A stretch of DNA of 49,868 nucleotides from an uncultured Dehalococcoidales bacterium (lineage in GTDB: Bacteria > Chloroflexota > Dehalococcoidia > Dehalococcoidales > JAUYDJ01), in NCBI GenBank assembly GCA_964569555.1, contig CAZMTT010000002.1, forward strand, positions 1 through 49,868, read 5' to 3'. The notes beneath the pieces are model-generated. The model made no database searches and was not told the DNA's origin. It saw only the letters and a list, made by a program, of their open reading frames with translations. Each line of letters starts with the position of its first letter. Position 1 is the first letter of the stretch. A program made the position numbers and the translations under genes. Below are positions 17,108 to 24,797 of this stretch, in pieces.

Positions 17108-17383
17108 ATGAGCTATAATGGGTGGAGGAAGTCGGGAGAACAGGTAAAAATGCTAATAGACAAGCTGTTAACACGCAAAGGATGGCGATTGGTGTCCCAT
17201 TGCCTGCTGGCGGCATGCGGGATAGCCTTTCTTTACATCATTGTAAATGGAATGATGACCGATATCGGCCGCACTGCCTCTCTGCTCAGCCGCTCGATAC
17301 TGGGCATAGAGATAGCCCTGTCTCTGTGGCTGGTGGTGCTTGGCGCCATGCTGGCCAGGGCTGAGTTAACCAGTAAAGAGTAG
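17108..17383 (+). CDS. Small membrane protein, 77-91 aa
   Basis: Two hydrophobic helices. Probable start at MLIDKLL (17150). Follows the zinc-ribbon ORF and ends before the bidirectional terminator. Confidence 0.5.
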   Translation: MSYNGWRKSGEQVKMLIDKLLTRKGWRLVSHCLLAACGIAFLYIIVNGMMTDIGRTASLLSRSILGIEIALSLWLVVLGAMLARAELTSKE

Positions 17384-17443
17384 GGCTGTGTGTGATGCGG
17401 TTACCATGTTTAAGATAGAGGTCTGGAAATAGTCGGCAACAAT

Positions 17444-17480
17444 AAGGCTGGATATCCCTTTTCTTGAATATCCAGCCTTA
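17444..17480. terminator. Bidirectional terminator hairpin
   Basis: aaggctggatat (17444-17455) / atatccagcctt (17469-17480), 12-bp perfect stem, between convergent small genes. Confidence 0.75.
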
Positions 17481-17553
17481 CTTCTTAGTCAGTGATACGG
17501 TCTTTGTTGGTTTCAGGTCTTCGCCTCCTTATCGAGTGTCTTTTTCACGGCGG

Positions 17554-17712
17554 TTAGTTCAGCGTCTTGGCGGCTACTTTCTTCTCGCGGGCAGCCTTGG
17601 CTTCACGAACAGCCTGGACAATGCCCCCTATGTTGATGTACCAAACCAGAGCCGCGGGGAAGAGGATTACCGGGATCAGGACTGCTAGGGTTACAATAAT
17701 CATTGCGTCCAT
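17554..17712 (-). CDS. Unannotated small membrane protein, 52 aa
   Basis: MDAMIIVTLAVLIPVILFPAALVWYINIGGIVQAVREAKAAREKKVAAKTLN. Strong SD aaaggagg 7 nt upstream of the ATG at 17712. One TM helix plus a basic tail. The 74-aa track ORF on the plus strand is its antisense shadow. Confidence 0.65.
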   Translation of the reverse strand: MDAMIIVTLAVLIPVILFPAALVWYINIGGIVQAVREAKAAREKKVAAKTLN

Positions 17713-17956
17713 CGTGATACCTCCTTTCTCTTTATTTCCACCCTAATCTTACCGCCTCGCGGCATGAGCTAGCTTCCGCCGTGATGCCTAATTCTAGCCT
17801 CTGTAAATACCTAAAATTTATGCCTTCAGCTTATACTTTCTGCTTACCGCTGATTACCAGAGATTAGGTAGATATACTTACCTGAAGTAGCGTAATAGCG
17901 TAGTGCTGAAGACTTCCAGGTCTCAGATTCAGGGTGAGGCTAATAATCAGGGGGGC

Positions 17957-18340
17957 TTAATTTTGGGGGAAATGGGCGGCGTCGGTGTGGAGGAGGGTGG
18001 AGTAAGGTCTTTCCAGATGGACAGAGCCATCGGGGAAGACGTTGCCCTTGAAAAGTAATAGCCGGTAGTTTTGAGACAGGTCACGGTAGGCACTTATCGG
18101 TGTATTCTGCTCCTGTGACCGCATCCGGTCATAAATATAGATGTAGTCCGTGTTCAAATTGCCGGCGGATATGCTGCGCTGCAGGTACCACAGGCGCCGC
18201 ATGTCTTTGGGGAGCAGGTGATATTTTGTTTCCAGGGTGTCCAGCACCCTGGCCGGCCAGTGTTTCTCACCATTCTCTCCCAGATGCCTTTTGAAGGGGG
18301 TAAATGCTTTAATCAGTAGTGTTCGATATATCTTGTCCAT
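17957..18340 (-). CDS. Hypothetical protein, 127 aa
   Basis: Clean ORF in an AT-richer stretch. No recognisable motif. Confidence 0.5.
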   Translation of the reverse strand: MDKIYRTLLIKAFTPFKRHLGENGEKHWPARVLDTLETKYHLLPKDMRRLWYLQRSISAGNLNTDYIYIYDRMRSQEQNTPISAYRDLSQNYRLLLFKGNVFPDGSVHLERPYSTLLHTDAAHFPQN

Positions 18341-18510
18341 TTGCCGCCCAGTTATTAAATCTATAATCGTGTATTGTTCATTATGAAGGGTCTAAGGGAT
18401 GGGCACAAGACCAAAAAGTCCTGAAAACGGTTGATACTTTAGTAATATGACGGGGCACGGGCAGAATTTACTCCTTCAGGCGAGCCGGGGAAAGCACCGC
18501 CATGTGGGTA

Positions 18511-18539
18511 TTGACAATAACACTATGGGGGGCTAGACT
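18511..18539 (+). promoter_or_regulatory. Sigma70-type promoter: TTGACA, 17 nt spacer, TAGACT
   Basis: TTGACA at 18511-18516, 17-nt spacer, TAGACT at 18534-18539. Confidence 0.65.
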
Positions 18540-18580
18540 CCAAACTAATAACGGATTGACCTAAGGGTTCGGGGTCGTAA

Positions 18581-18644
18581 CTCAGGGCACCAGAAACGTC
18601 GGCTGATGGCGCTGGCTGGTGCCCTTAAAGTGTGCCTGAGGAGG
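18581..18644 (+). promoter_or_regulatory. Structured 5' leader whose outer stem reaches into the SD
   Basis: Nested helices ctcagg (18581-18586) / cctgag (18635-18640) and gcaccag (18587-18593) / ctggtgc (18616-18622). cctgaGGAGG overlaps the ribosome-binding site of the ATG at 18650. Confidence 0.4.
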
Positions 18645-18649
18645 TAAAT

Positions 18650-19138
18650 ATGCTGGAAGGAATCGGTTTGGCGGCGCCTTACTGGGTTATGGTGCTCTTG
18701 TGGGTGGGCAGAACCCTGTTCTTGTCTCTGGTATGCGTTTTCCTTGCTTGGCTGGGTATAAGGGCGCTGGATGTGCTCAACCCCCATATTCACCAGCGCC
18801 AGCGAATTGGAGAGGACCCGATTGCCACCGGGCTGTTCGTCAGCGGTTTTCTAATACTGGTCGGCCTGGTCATTCACGGCGTCACCACCGCCCCCACCGT
18901 AATCGGTGGTCCGCTGGTTGATTACTTCTTCAATTTCAGGCTGCTGGGTTTGCTGGCGGTAGGTTTTGTGGTCAGCCTGCTTCTCGGTATCGGTCTGTTT
19001 CGCCTGCTGGATAAACTGACCCCCAAGATACCGTTTACCAATATTAACCAGCACCCGATTGCGGTGGGTATCTATGTCTTCGGCTATCTAATTTTTCTGG
19101 GGCTGATACTCCATGCCGCGCTGACTACGCCGTTGTAG
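18650..19138 (+). CDS. DUF350-like membrane protein (two repeats), about 162 aa
   Basis: Two similar halves: IRALDVLNPHIHQRQRIGEDPIATGLFVSGFLILVGLVIHG and FRLLDKLTPKIPFTNINQHPIAVGIYVFGYLIFLGLILHA. Start at MLEGIG with SD gaggagg. Confidence 0.65.
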   Translation: MLEGIGLAAPYWVMVLLWVGRTLFLSLVCVFLAWLGIRALDVLNPHIHQRQRIGEDPIATGLFVSGFLILVGLVIHGVTTAPTVIGGPLVDYFFNFRLLGLLAVGFVVSLLLGIGLFRLLDKLTPKIPFTNINQHPIAVGIYVFGYLIFLGLILHAALTTPL

Positions 19139-19148
19139 GGGAATTTAG

Positions 19149-19976
19149 ATGCACCGGACTAGAATCCTGGCAATTTTATTGGGGCTGTTTTTGGCGGGGT
19201 TAGCCACCACTGGCTACGCCTCGGCCAGCTCTTCCACCGGCTTCTATGAAAAACCGGGTGGTGTCTATGACGATTGGGGGGTATGCCGCACCACACCCCA
19301 CGGGGACAACGGTTACTACCAGGTATCCGAGACCGGTTTCAGGCCGATTATCGCCTTTGAGAGCCTGGGTGAAGGGATAGCTGAGGCCCACGCTCTGGGT
19401 AAAGAGATTGCCCAAAAATACCCCGATGAATTTCAGCGGGCGGAAGCCATCTTTTACTTTGTGCGGGACAGGGTGAATTACACCCCTGACGAAGACCAGT
19501 TTAATTATCAGGAGTTCGCCCAGAATGCTGACGAGATGGCGGCGGTAATTCAGAAGAGCGGCACCGGCAACGGCGATTGCGAGGACAGCGCCGTGCTGCT
19601 GGCGGTGATGTACCGGGCGGCCGGTTACCGTTCCGCAATAGTTGCCGGTAATGGTCATACTGCCTGCCTGGTATATCTGCCCGGCTACCGCAAGGCAAGC
19701 TCCGTATTTGAGCTTGACGGTGAACCGGGGTGGGTCTGGGCGGAGGCAACCGGCAAAAATAACCCCTTCGGCTGGACATCAAAAGAATTCGTAGATGTTA
19801 ACCTGGCTTCTTACGAGATAACTGATGAGGTGCTGAGGCCGGCGCAAGTACCGGGGGAAACGGTGACTGCCGTGGCGGAAAGCGGGGGGACTTCCTCCGC
19901 TCAGCCTTTTCCCTTTTTCGGCATCATTATCTTCCTGTGGCTGATGTCTTTGTTCCGGCGGCGAGGCGCCCATTAG
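19149..19976 (+). CDS. Secreted or anchored transglutaminase-like cysteine protease-fold protein, 275 aa
   Basis: N-terminal signal peptide. Core GNGDCEDSAVLLAVMYRAAGY (Cys), NGHTACLVY (His), WVWAEATG (acid). C-terminal hydrophobic segment plus RRRGAH tail. Confidence 0.7.
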   Translation: MHRTRILAILLGLFLAGLATTGYASASSSTGFYEKPGGVYDDWGVCRTTPHGDNGYYQVSETGFRPIIAFESLGEGIAEAHALGKEIAQKYPDEFQRAEAIFYFVRDRVNYTPDEDQFNYQEFAQNADEMAAVIQKSGTGNGDCEDSAVLLAVMYRAAGYRSAIVAGNGHTACLVYLPGYRKASSVFELDGEPGWVWAEATGKNNPFGWTSKEFVDVNLASYEITDEVLRPAQVPGETVTAVAESGGTSSAQPFPFFGIIIFLWLMSLFRRRGAH

Positions 19977-20159
19977 CTATTCAGCCATGTTGAACCATAC
20001 GGGAAATAAAGTTCTCAGCCTGCCTTGTAAAAAGCTTGACCTTACGCTATCATAATGGTGGTGGTTTAGGTTTAGGTTATTTACACATGCTTCAGGTAAA
20101 CTCAATAGTACTGGGTGACCGAGACTCAAACCAACTAAGCAAAGAGAGGAGGTCATCTA

Positions 20160-20465
20160 GTGGTTTTCCAAGATAAATCACTTGTGTGTTCCGATTGCGG
20201 AGCCACCTTCACTTTCAGTGCTGAGGAGCAGCAGTTCTTCCAAACTAAAGGCTATACCAACGAGCCCAAGCGCTGTCCCGAATGCCGCCAGTCCAGGAGA
20301 TCATCCCGGGACAGGGGTGATAGCTACAGGTCTCGCCGGCAAACCTTCCCGGCAGTATGCGCTGAGTGTGGCAAAGAGACTGAAGTGCCTTTTGAGCCAC
20401 GTGAAGGTAGACCGGTGTACTGCAGCGAGTGCTACACCAAAATTAAAACGAGGGGACAGGACTAG
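20160..20465 (+). CDS. Double zinc-ribbon protein (zf-trcl-like), 101 aa
   Basis: CSDCGATFTFSAEEQQFFQTKGY...CPEC and CAECGKETEVPFEPREGRPVYCSECY with an RS-rich linker. GTG start with SD gagaggagg. Confidence 0.75.
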   Translation: MVFQDKSLVCSDCGATFTFSAEEQQFFQTKGYTNEPKRCPECRQSRRSSRDRGDSYRSRRQTFPAVCAECGKETEVPFEPREGRPVYCSECYTKIKTRGQD

Positions 20466-20544
20466 TTTAGTCTAGTCTTAGCAACATACCCAGGCTGAAG
20501 ATAAGAGCCTGTGTATTTAACTAAATTTGGTTGGTGTATAAATT

Positions 20545-20838
20545 ATGAATATATATGTAGGTAATTTGTCCTTTGAAGTCACCGAAGATGAATTGCGACA
20601 GGAATTTGAAGCCTTTGGTCAGGTAAGTTCAGCCAAAATTGTTACTGACAAGTATACCGGGCAGTCGCGGGGGTTTGGCTTTGTTGAAATGCCGGCGGTA
20701 TCCGAAGGCCAAGCCGCCATTAATGGCCTGAACGGTAAAACAGTGAAGGATTCCATACTCGTGGTTAATGCCGCCCGTCCCCGTTCTGATAACCGTGGCG
20801 GTGGGTTTGGCCGAAGGGGAGAGCGGAGAAAATACTAG
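20545..20838 (+). CDS. RRM-type RNA-binding protein with a Gly/Arg tail, 97 aa
   Basis: RNP2 IYVGNL and RNP1 RGFGFVEM. C-terminal RGGGFGRRGERR. Confidence 0.9.
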   Translation: MNIYVGNLSFEVTEDELRQEFEAFGQVSSAKIVTDKYTGQSRGFGFVEMPAVSEGQAAINGLNGKTVKDSILVVNAARPRSDNRGGGFGRRGERRKY

Positions 20839-20942
20839 ATTCCTCAGCCCCCCCTTTTATGTGCTTGAGGTGAAACACCCCGGCTGTCTTTTCGTGGCGA
20901 CATTTTTCAATTTCCGGCTCCCCCCCAATAAATGACTTAAAA

Positions 20943-20972
20943 AACCGGCCATAAGGCCGGTTTCGCTTTTTT
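20943..20972 (+). terminator. Intrinsic terminator
   Basis: aaccggcc-ataa-ggccggtt followed by tcgctttttt. Confidence 0.75.
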
Positions 20973-21030
20973 AGTCACCGGGATAGTTATTTATACTTAC
21001 TATCTGCGATATAATTGGGCTGGTTTAGCG

Positions 21031-21468
21031 GTGATGAAGAAATTTAGCTATAAATTTATCGACCGTGAGGGTGAACTGGAGGGCGCCTTGGCGGTGTGGC
21101 GGCAGGTTTTCGTGGCGGAGCAGGGTATCCCCGAAAATCTGGTCTATGATGGCAATGACCGTGACGCCAGGCATATGGTGGTTAAAGATGGCAAAATGGT
21201 TATTGGCGCCGCCAGAGTCAGGTTTTTAGAGGCGGAACAGGCCAAGCTGGAAAGAATGGCCATTTTACCTGCCTTCCGTCATCTGGGCATAGGCCAAGAG
21301 ATGATTGACTTTCTGGTCGGGGAGTTGGGGGGGGAGGGAATCAAAAAGCTGGTTCTTCATGCCCAGCACCAGGTTGTTGAATTCTATAAGACCTGTGGTT
21401 TCAAACCGGTGGGACGGCCGTTTGCTGAAGCCGGCATTAAACATCAAAAGATGGAGAGAATGGTCTGA
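21031..21468 (+). CDS. GNAT family N-acetyltransferase, 145 aa
   Basis: Motif A-like RHLGIGQEMIDFLV and an overall GNAT layout. Confidence 0.8.
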   Translation: MMKKFSYKFIDREGELEGALAVWRQVFVAEQGIPENLVYDGNDRDARHMVVKDGKMVIGAARVRFLEAEQAKLERMAILPAFRHLGIGQEMIDFLVGELGGEGIKKLVLHAQHQVVEFYKTCGFKPVGRPFAEAGIKHQKMERMV

Positions 21469-21476
21469 GCCCGCCT

Positions 21477-22313
21477 TCACTCACCGCGGCTGAGGAGGAT
21501 GGTATCATCATCAAACTCCTCCCCGGCGGCCCGCTCAAAGGCAGATACCAGGTCACTGACCTTCAGTGCCTTCTTTTTGGCCTCGCCCATATCAACGATA
21601 ATTCTGCCTTTGTGCATCATAATCAACCGGTTGCCGTAAGTCAGGGCAATCTCCATGTTATGGGTCACCATTATGGTGGTCATCTGCTCCAGGCTCACAA
21701 TCTTATCGGTTAAATCGAGCACGGTTTTAGCCGTCTTCGGGTCCAGGGTGGCGATGTGCTCATCAAGCAGTAATATCGCCGGCTTGGAGATGGTAGCCAT
21801 AACCAGGGATAAGGCCTGCCTCTGTCCCCCGGAAAGAGTGTAGACCGGTGTGTTCAGCCTGTTTTCCAGCCCCAGCCCGAGCACGGCCAGTTCTTCGCGG
21901 AACAACTGCCGGCGCTGCTTGTTGGTGGCCCCCTTCAGTCCCCTTGACTGACCGCGCAGCAGGGCCAGAGAGAGGTTCTCCTCAATGGTCAGCTTGCCGG
22001 CGGTTCCCGTTTCCGGTTGCTGCCATACCCGGCCGATGTAGGCCGCCCGTCGGTATCCCAGAAGATGGGTGACATCCTCATCACTTATGGTAACACTGCC
22101 GCCTCTTTCCGGAGGGTAGACTCCGGCGATAATGTTGAGCAGGGTGGTTTTGCCGGCGCCGTTGCTGCCGATAACGGTCACAAAGTCCCGGTCGTAGACG
22201 TCCAGCTTTATGCCCGCCAGCGCGGTTACCTCGTCAATAGTGCCGCGGGCAAATATTTTCCTGACATTATTCAGTTGCAGCAGATGGTGATTTCCGGTTG
22301 CCTTCGTGGTCAT
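21477..22313 (-). CDS. ABC transporter ATP-binding protein (COG1101-type)
   Basis: Walker A GSNGAGKTT, signature LSGGQRQ, Walker B LLLDEH. ATG at 22313 preferred (SD aaaggtgg). Confidence 0.9.
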   Translation of the reverse strand: MTTKATGNHHLLQLNNVRKIFARGTIDEVTALAGIKLDVYDRDFVTVIGSNGAGKTTLLNIIAGVYPPERGGSVTISDEDVTHLLGYRRAAYIGRVWQQPETGTAGKLTIEENLSLALLRGQSRGLKGATNKQRRQLFREELAVLGLGLENRLNTPVYTLSGGQRQALSLVMATISKPAILLLDEHIATLDPKTAKTVLDLTDKIVSLEQMTTIMVTHNMEIALTYGNRLIMMHKGRIIVDMGEAKKKALKVSDLVSAFERAAGEEFDDDTILLSRGE

Positions 22314-22318
22314 CTTAA

Positions 22319-23227
22319 TTACCACCTTTTAGCTGGTTCCAGCCATTCCTTCCGCACTCTCTTTTGTATATAGGGTACCGCCAGCACCACCACCACTAAC
22401 AGGGCAGTGATAAGCTTCAGGTCACCGGGAGCCATACCCAGCCTGAGGGCGATAGTTATGAATAAGCGATAGACAAAGGTACCGCCCAGGCAGGCGAGCA
22501 ATATCGTGGCGATTCCCTTGGGATGAAACAGCCCTTCGCCGATTATCACTGCCGCCAGCCCCAGCACAATCATACCGATGCCCATACCGACATCGCTGAA
22601 TCCCTGGTTTTGGGCCACCAGGGCGCCGGCCAGGGCCACCAGCCCGTTGGAAACAGCGCAACCCAGCAGTACCGTCTTGTCGGTATCAACGCCGAACCCG
22701 CGCACCATTTCCTCATTATCGCCGGTGGCTCTTAAGGCTAAGCCGATTTCGGTGCGTAAAAACCAGTTCAGTACCACGAAAAGGATGGTGACCGCTACCG
22801 ATACCAGAATGATGGATACGACCAGTCCGCCGCGTAAGCCAAAGAGCTCGGCAATGACATCAAAGCTGGTCACCTCGCGCAGCAGAGGGACGTTAGCCCC
22901 GCTCATTATCCTCAAATTGATGGAATAAAGCCCGACCATCATCAGAATGCCGGCGAGCAGGGCACTGATTCTGAGCTTGGTGTTGAGCAGTCCGGTTACC
23001 AGCCCGGCGGCCAGCCCGCCGCCAAGAGCCGCCAGTGTAGCCAGAAAGGGGTTGACACCAGCCACAATCAGCACCGCCGCGATGGCGCCACCCAGAGGAA
23101 AAGTGCCGTCTACGCTGAGGTCAGGAAAGGCCAGAACCCGAAAGGTGATATAAACACCGATAGCGACCAGACCAAAGACTAACCCTTCGTAGCAGGCTAC
23201 GCCAAGGATGTTTCCGAAGATATCCAA
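22319..23227 (-). CDS. ABC transporter permease (COG4120-type), 302 aa
   Basis: About 8-9 TM segments, between the binding protein and the ATPase. Confidence 0.85.
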   Translation of the reverse strand: MDIFGNILGVACYEGLVFGLVAIGVYITFRVLAFPDLSVDGTFPLGGAIAAVLIVAGVNPFLATLAALGGGLAAGLVTGLLNTKLRISALLAGILMMVGLYSINLRIMSGANVPLLREVTSFDVIAELFGLRGGLVVSIILVSVAVTILFVVLNWFLRTEIGLALRATGDNEEMVRGFGVDTDKTVLLGCAVSNGLVALAGALVAQNQGFSDVGMGIGMIVLGLAAVIIGEGLFHPKGIATILLACLGGTFVYRLFITIALRLGMAPGDLKLITALLVVVVLAVPYIQKRVRKEWLEPAKRW

Positions 23228-23290
23228 TCTTGTCTCCGGTGCCAGGTTTGGAAATCAATAAATATTTTATTGTTTGTGCCTGGTGCAGGC

Positions 23291-24289
23291 TTATTCCCCG
23301 ACAATATCAGTGGCTTTGTCCAGCACCGACTGAGGGATGGTTACGCCCATCCGCTCGGCCGCTGACGGGTTCAAAAACAGGTCGGTCATATCCACTTTCT
23401 TGACCGGGATGTCAGCCGGACTCTCGCCCTTCAGAATACGGGCAGCCACCTGACCGCATTCTCGGCCTAATTGATAGTAGTCGATACCGGGAGTGCCGAT
23501 GGCGCCCCTCTCCACGGTGGCGACATCAGCGGCGAAGAGCGGTATCTGGTTCTCTTCACTGACCTTCACCACCGACTCAAAGGCGGATACCACCGTGTTG
23601 TCGGTGGGAATCCAGATGACATCAACTCTGCCGACCAGTGATTGGGCTGCCGCCAGCACATCGGCTGATGTAGCCGCGGTAGCCTCCACGATTTCGGTGA
23701 TACCCAGGCCGGGGGCTACTTTCTTCAGTTCATCTACCTGCACTTTTGAGTTTACTTCACCGGCATTGTAGATGACGCCCAGCTTCTTAGCATCGGGCAC
23801 AATATCAACCGCCAGCTGTATCTGAGCGCCCACATCAGCCCAGTCGCTGATGCCGGTGACACTGCCGCCGGGGCTTTCCCAGCTGGCCACCAGGCCCGCG
23901 GCTACCGGGTCGGTTACCGAACCAAAGACTATCTCAATATCAGTGCCTTCGGCGGCCTGGACGCAGGCCTGCGCGGTGGGGGTAGCTATGGCCAGAATCA
24001 GGTCGACCTTATCGGTGACGAACTTCTGGGCAATGGATGCGGCTACCGTCATATCGCCCTCAGGGGTGCGGTAATCATACTCCACATTTTCCCCTTCCAC
24101 GAAGCCTTCTTCAGCCATCTGGTCAATGAAGCCCTGGCGATTGGCATCCAGCGCCGGGTGAGTAACAATCTGGGTGATGCCAATCTTCATCGTGCCCGGT
24201 CCACATCCGGTCATCATCGGCAAGGCAAAAGCTAATACCATTACCAAACAAGTTACGCTGATTAATACCTTTAACCCCTTCTTTCTCAT
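23291..24289 (-). CDS. ABC transporter substrate-binding lipoprotein (ABC_sub_bind/COG2984-like), 332 aa
   Basis: Signal peptide with lipobox MMTGC, then KIGITQIVTHPALD, typical of this family. Confidence 0.8.
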   Translation of the reverse strand: MRKKGLKVLISVTCLVMVLAFALPMMTGCGPGTMKIGITQIVTHPALDANRQGFIDQMAEEGFVEGENVEYDYRTPEGDMTVAASIAQKFVTDKVDLILAIATPTAQACVQAAEGTDIEIVFGSVTDPVAAGLVASWESPGGSVTGISDWADVGAQIQLAVDIVPDAKKLGVIYNAGEVNSKVQVDELKKVAPGLGITEIVEATAATSADVLAAAQSLVGRVDVIWIPTDNTVVSAFESVVKVSEENQIPLFAADVATVERGAIGTPGIDYYQLGRECGQVAARILKGESPADIPVKKVDMTDLFLNPSAAERMGVTIPQSVLDKATDIVGE

Positions 24290-24524
24290 TTGAAACCTCC
24301 TTTATTGTGATATTATCCATCCGGATGATGGGTAGTGCTCACATATCTCTGGCAGCCTCCTCTCTGAATGATGCTGACTTTCTCTTCGTTTTAATACCCA
24401 CCCAATATATCACGTTTCACAGGTGTGGGCAAACTAATTTAGTTCCCTTTCCAGACATAAATTGAATTCCGAGCTGTAGAATAGTAATATAAGTAGCGAT
24501 ATCAGGAGGTAAAGGGTTTTACCG

Positions 24525-24797
24525 ATGGTAGATTGGCAGGTAACCGCGACCACGATTTACTGTGATGCGGTGGATGATGAAGTGACCCTGCTGGTGAATA
24601 AAGACGGCACGGCGCAATGTATCGCCTACCAGCGGTATGGCGAGCCGGATAAAGAAACGGTCAAGCTGATGAAGAAGAAAGAGAGCCAGCTGAAGCGGCA
24701 CCTGGCCTGTGAGGGCCCGGAGTGCTACCGGCTGACTCAGTACCGCGACAAGCTGTTCGCTGAGGAAGCCGGAAGAGGGGCTAAAGGTGAGCGATAA
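24525..24797 (+). CDS. Small Cys-containing hypothetical protein, 90 aa, translationally coupled to livG
   Basis: SD aggagg upstream. Four Cys residues (C13, C32, C62, C67, the last two as CEGPEC). The stop overlaps the GTG start of the next gene by 11 nt. Confidence 0.6.
   Translation: MVDWQVTATTIYCDAVDDEVTLLVNKDGTAQCIAYQRYGEPDKETVKLMKKKESQLKRHLACEGPECYRLTQYRDKLFAEEAGRGAKGER

Noticed and set aside
16872-17216. 114-aa minus-strand ORF
   Set aside because: It has no SD and spans two plus-strand ORFs that do have SDs and a promoter (the zinc-ribbon peptide and the membrane protein). Its sequence is low-complexity.
17464-17688. 74-aa plus-strand ORF
   Set aside because: It starts inside the 12-bp terminator hairpin, lacks an SD, and is antisense to a 52-aa ORF with a near-perfect SD.
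18571-18644. Possible ZTP (pfl) riboswitch, because of ggggtcgtaact...gcctgag
   Set aside because: Only a superficial resemblance to the GGGUCGUGAC and CCGCCUGGGC blocks. The conserved CCGGGCGGA and pseudoknot elements are missing, and the downstream genes are unrelated to purine or folate metabolism. Kept only as a generic structured leader.
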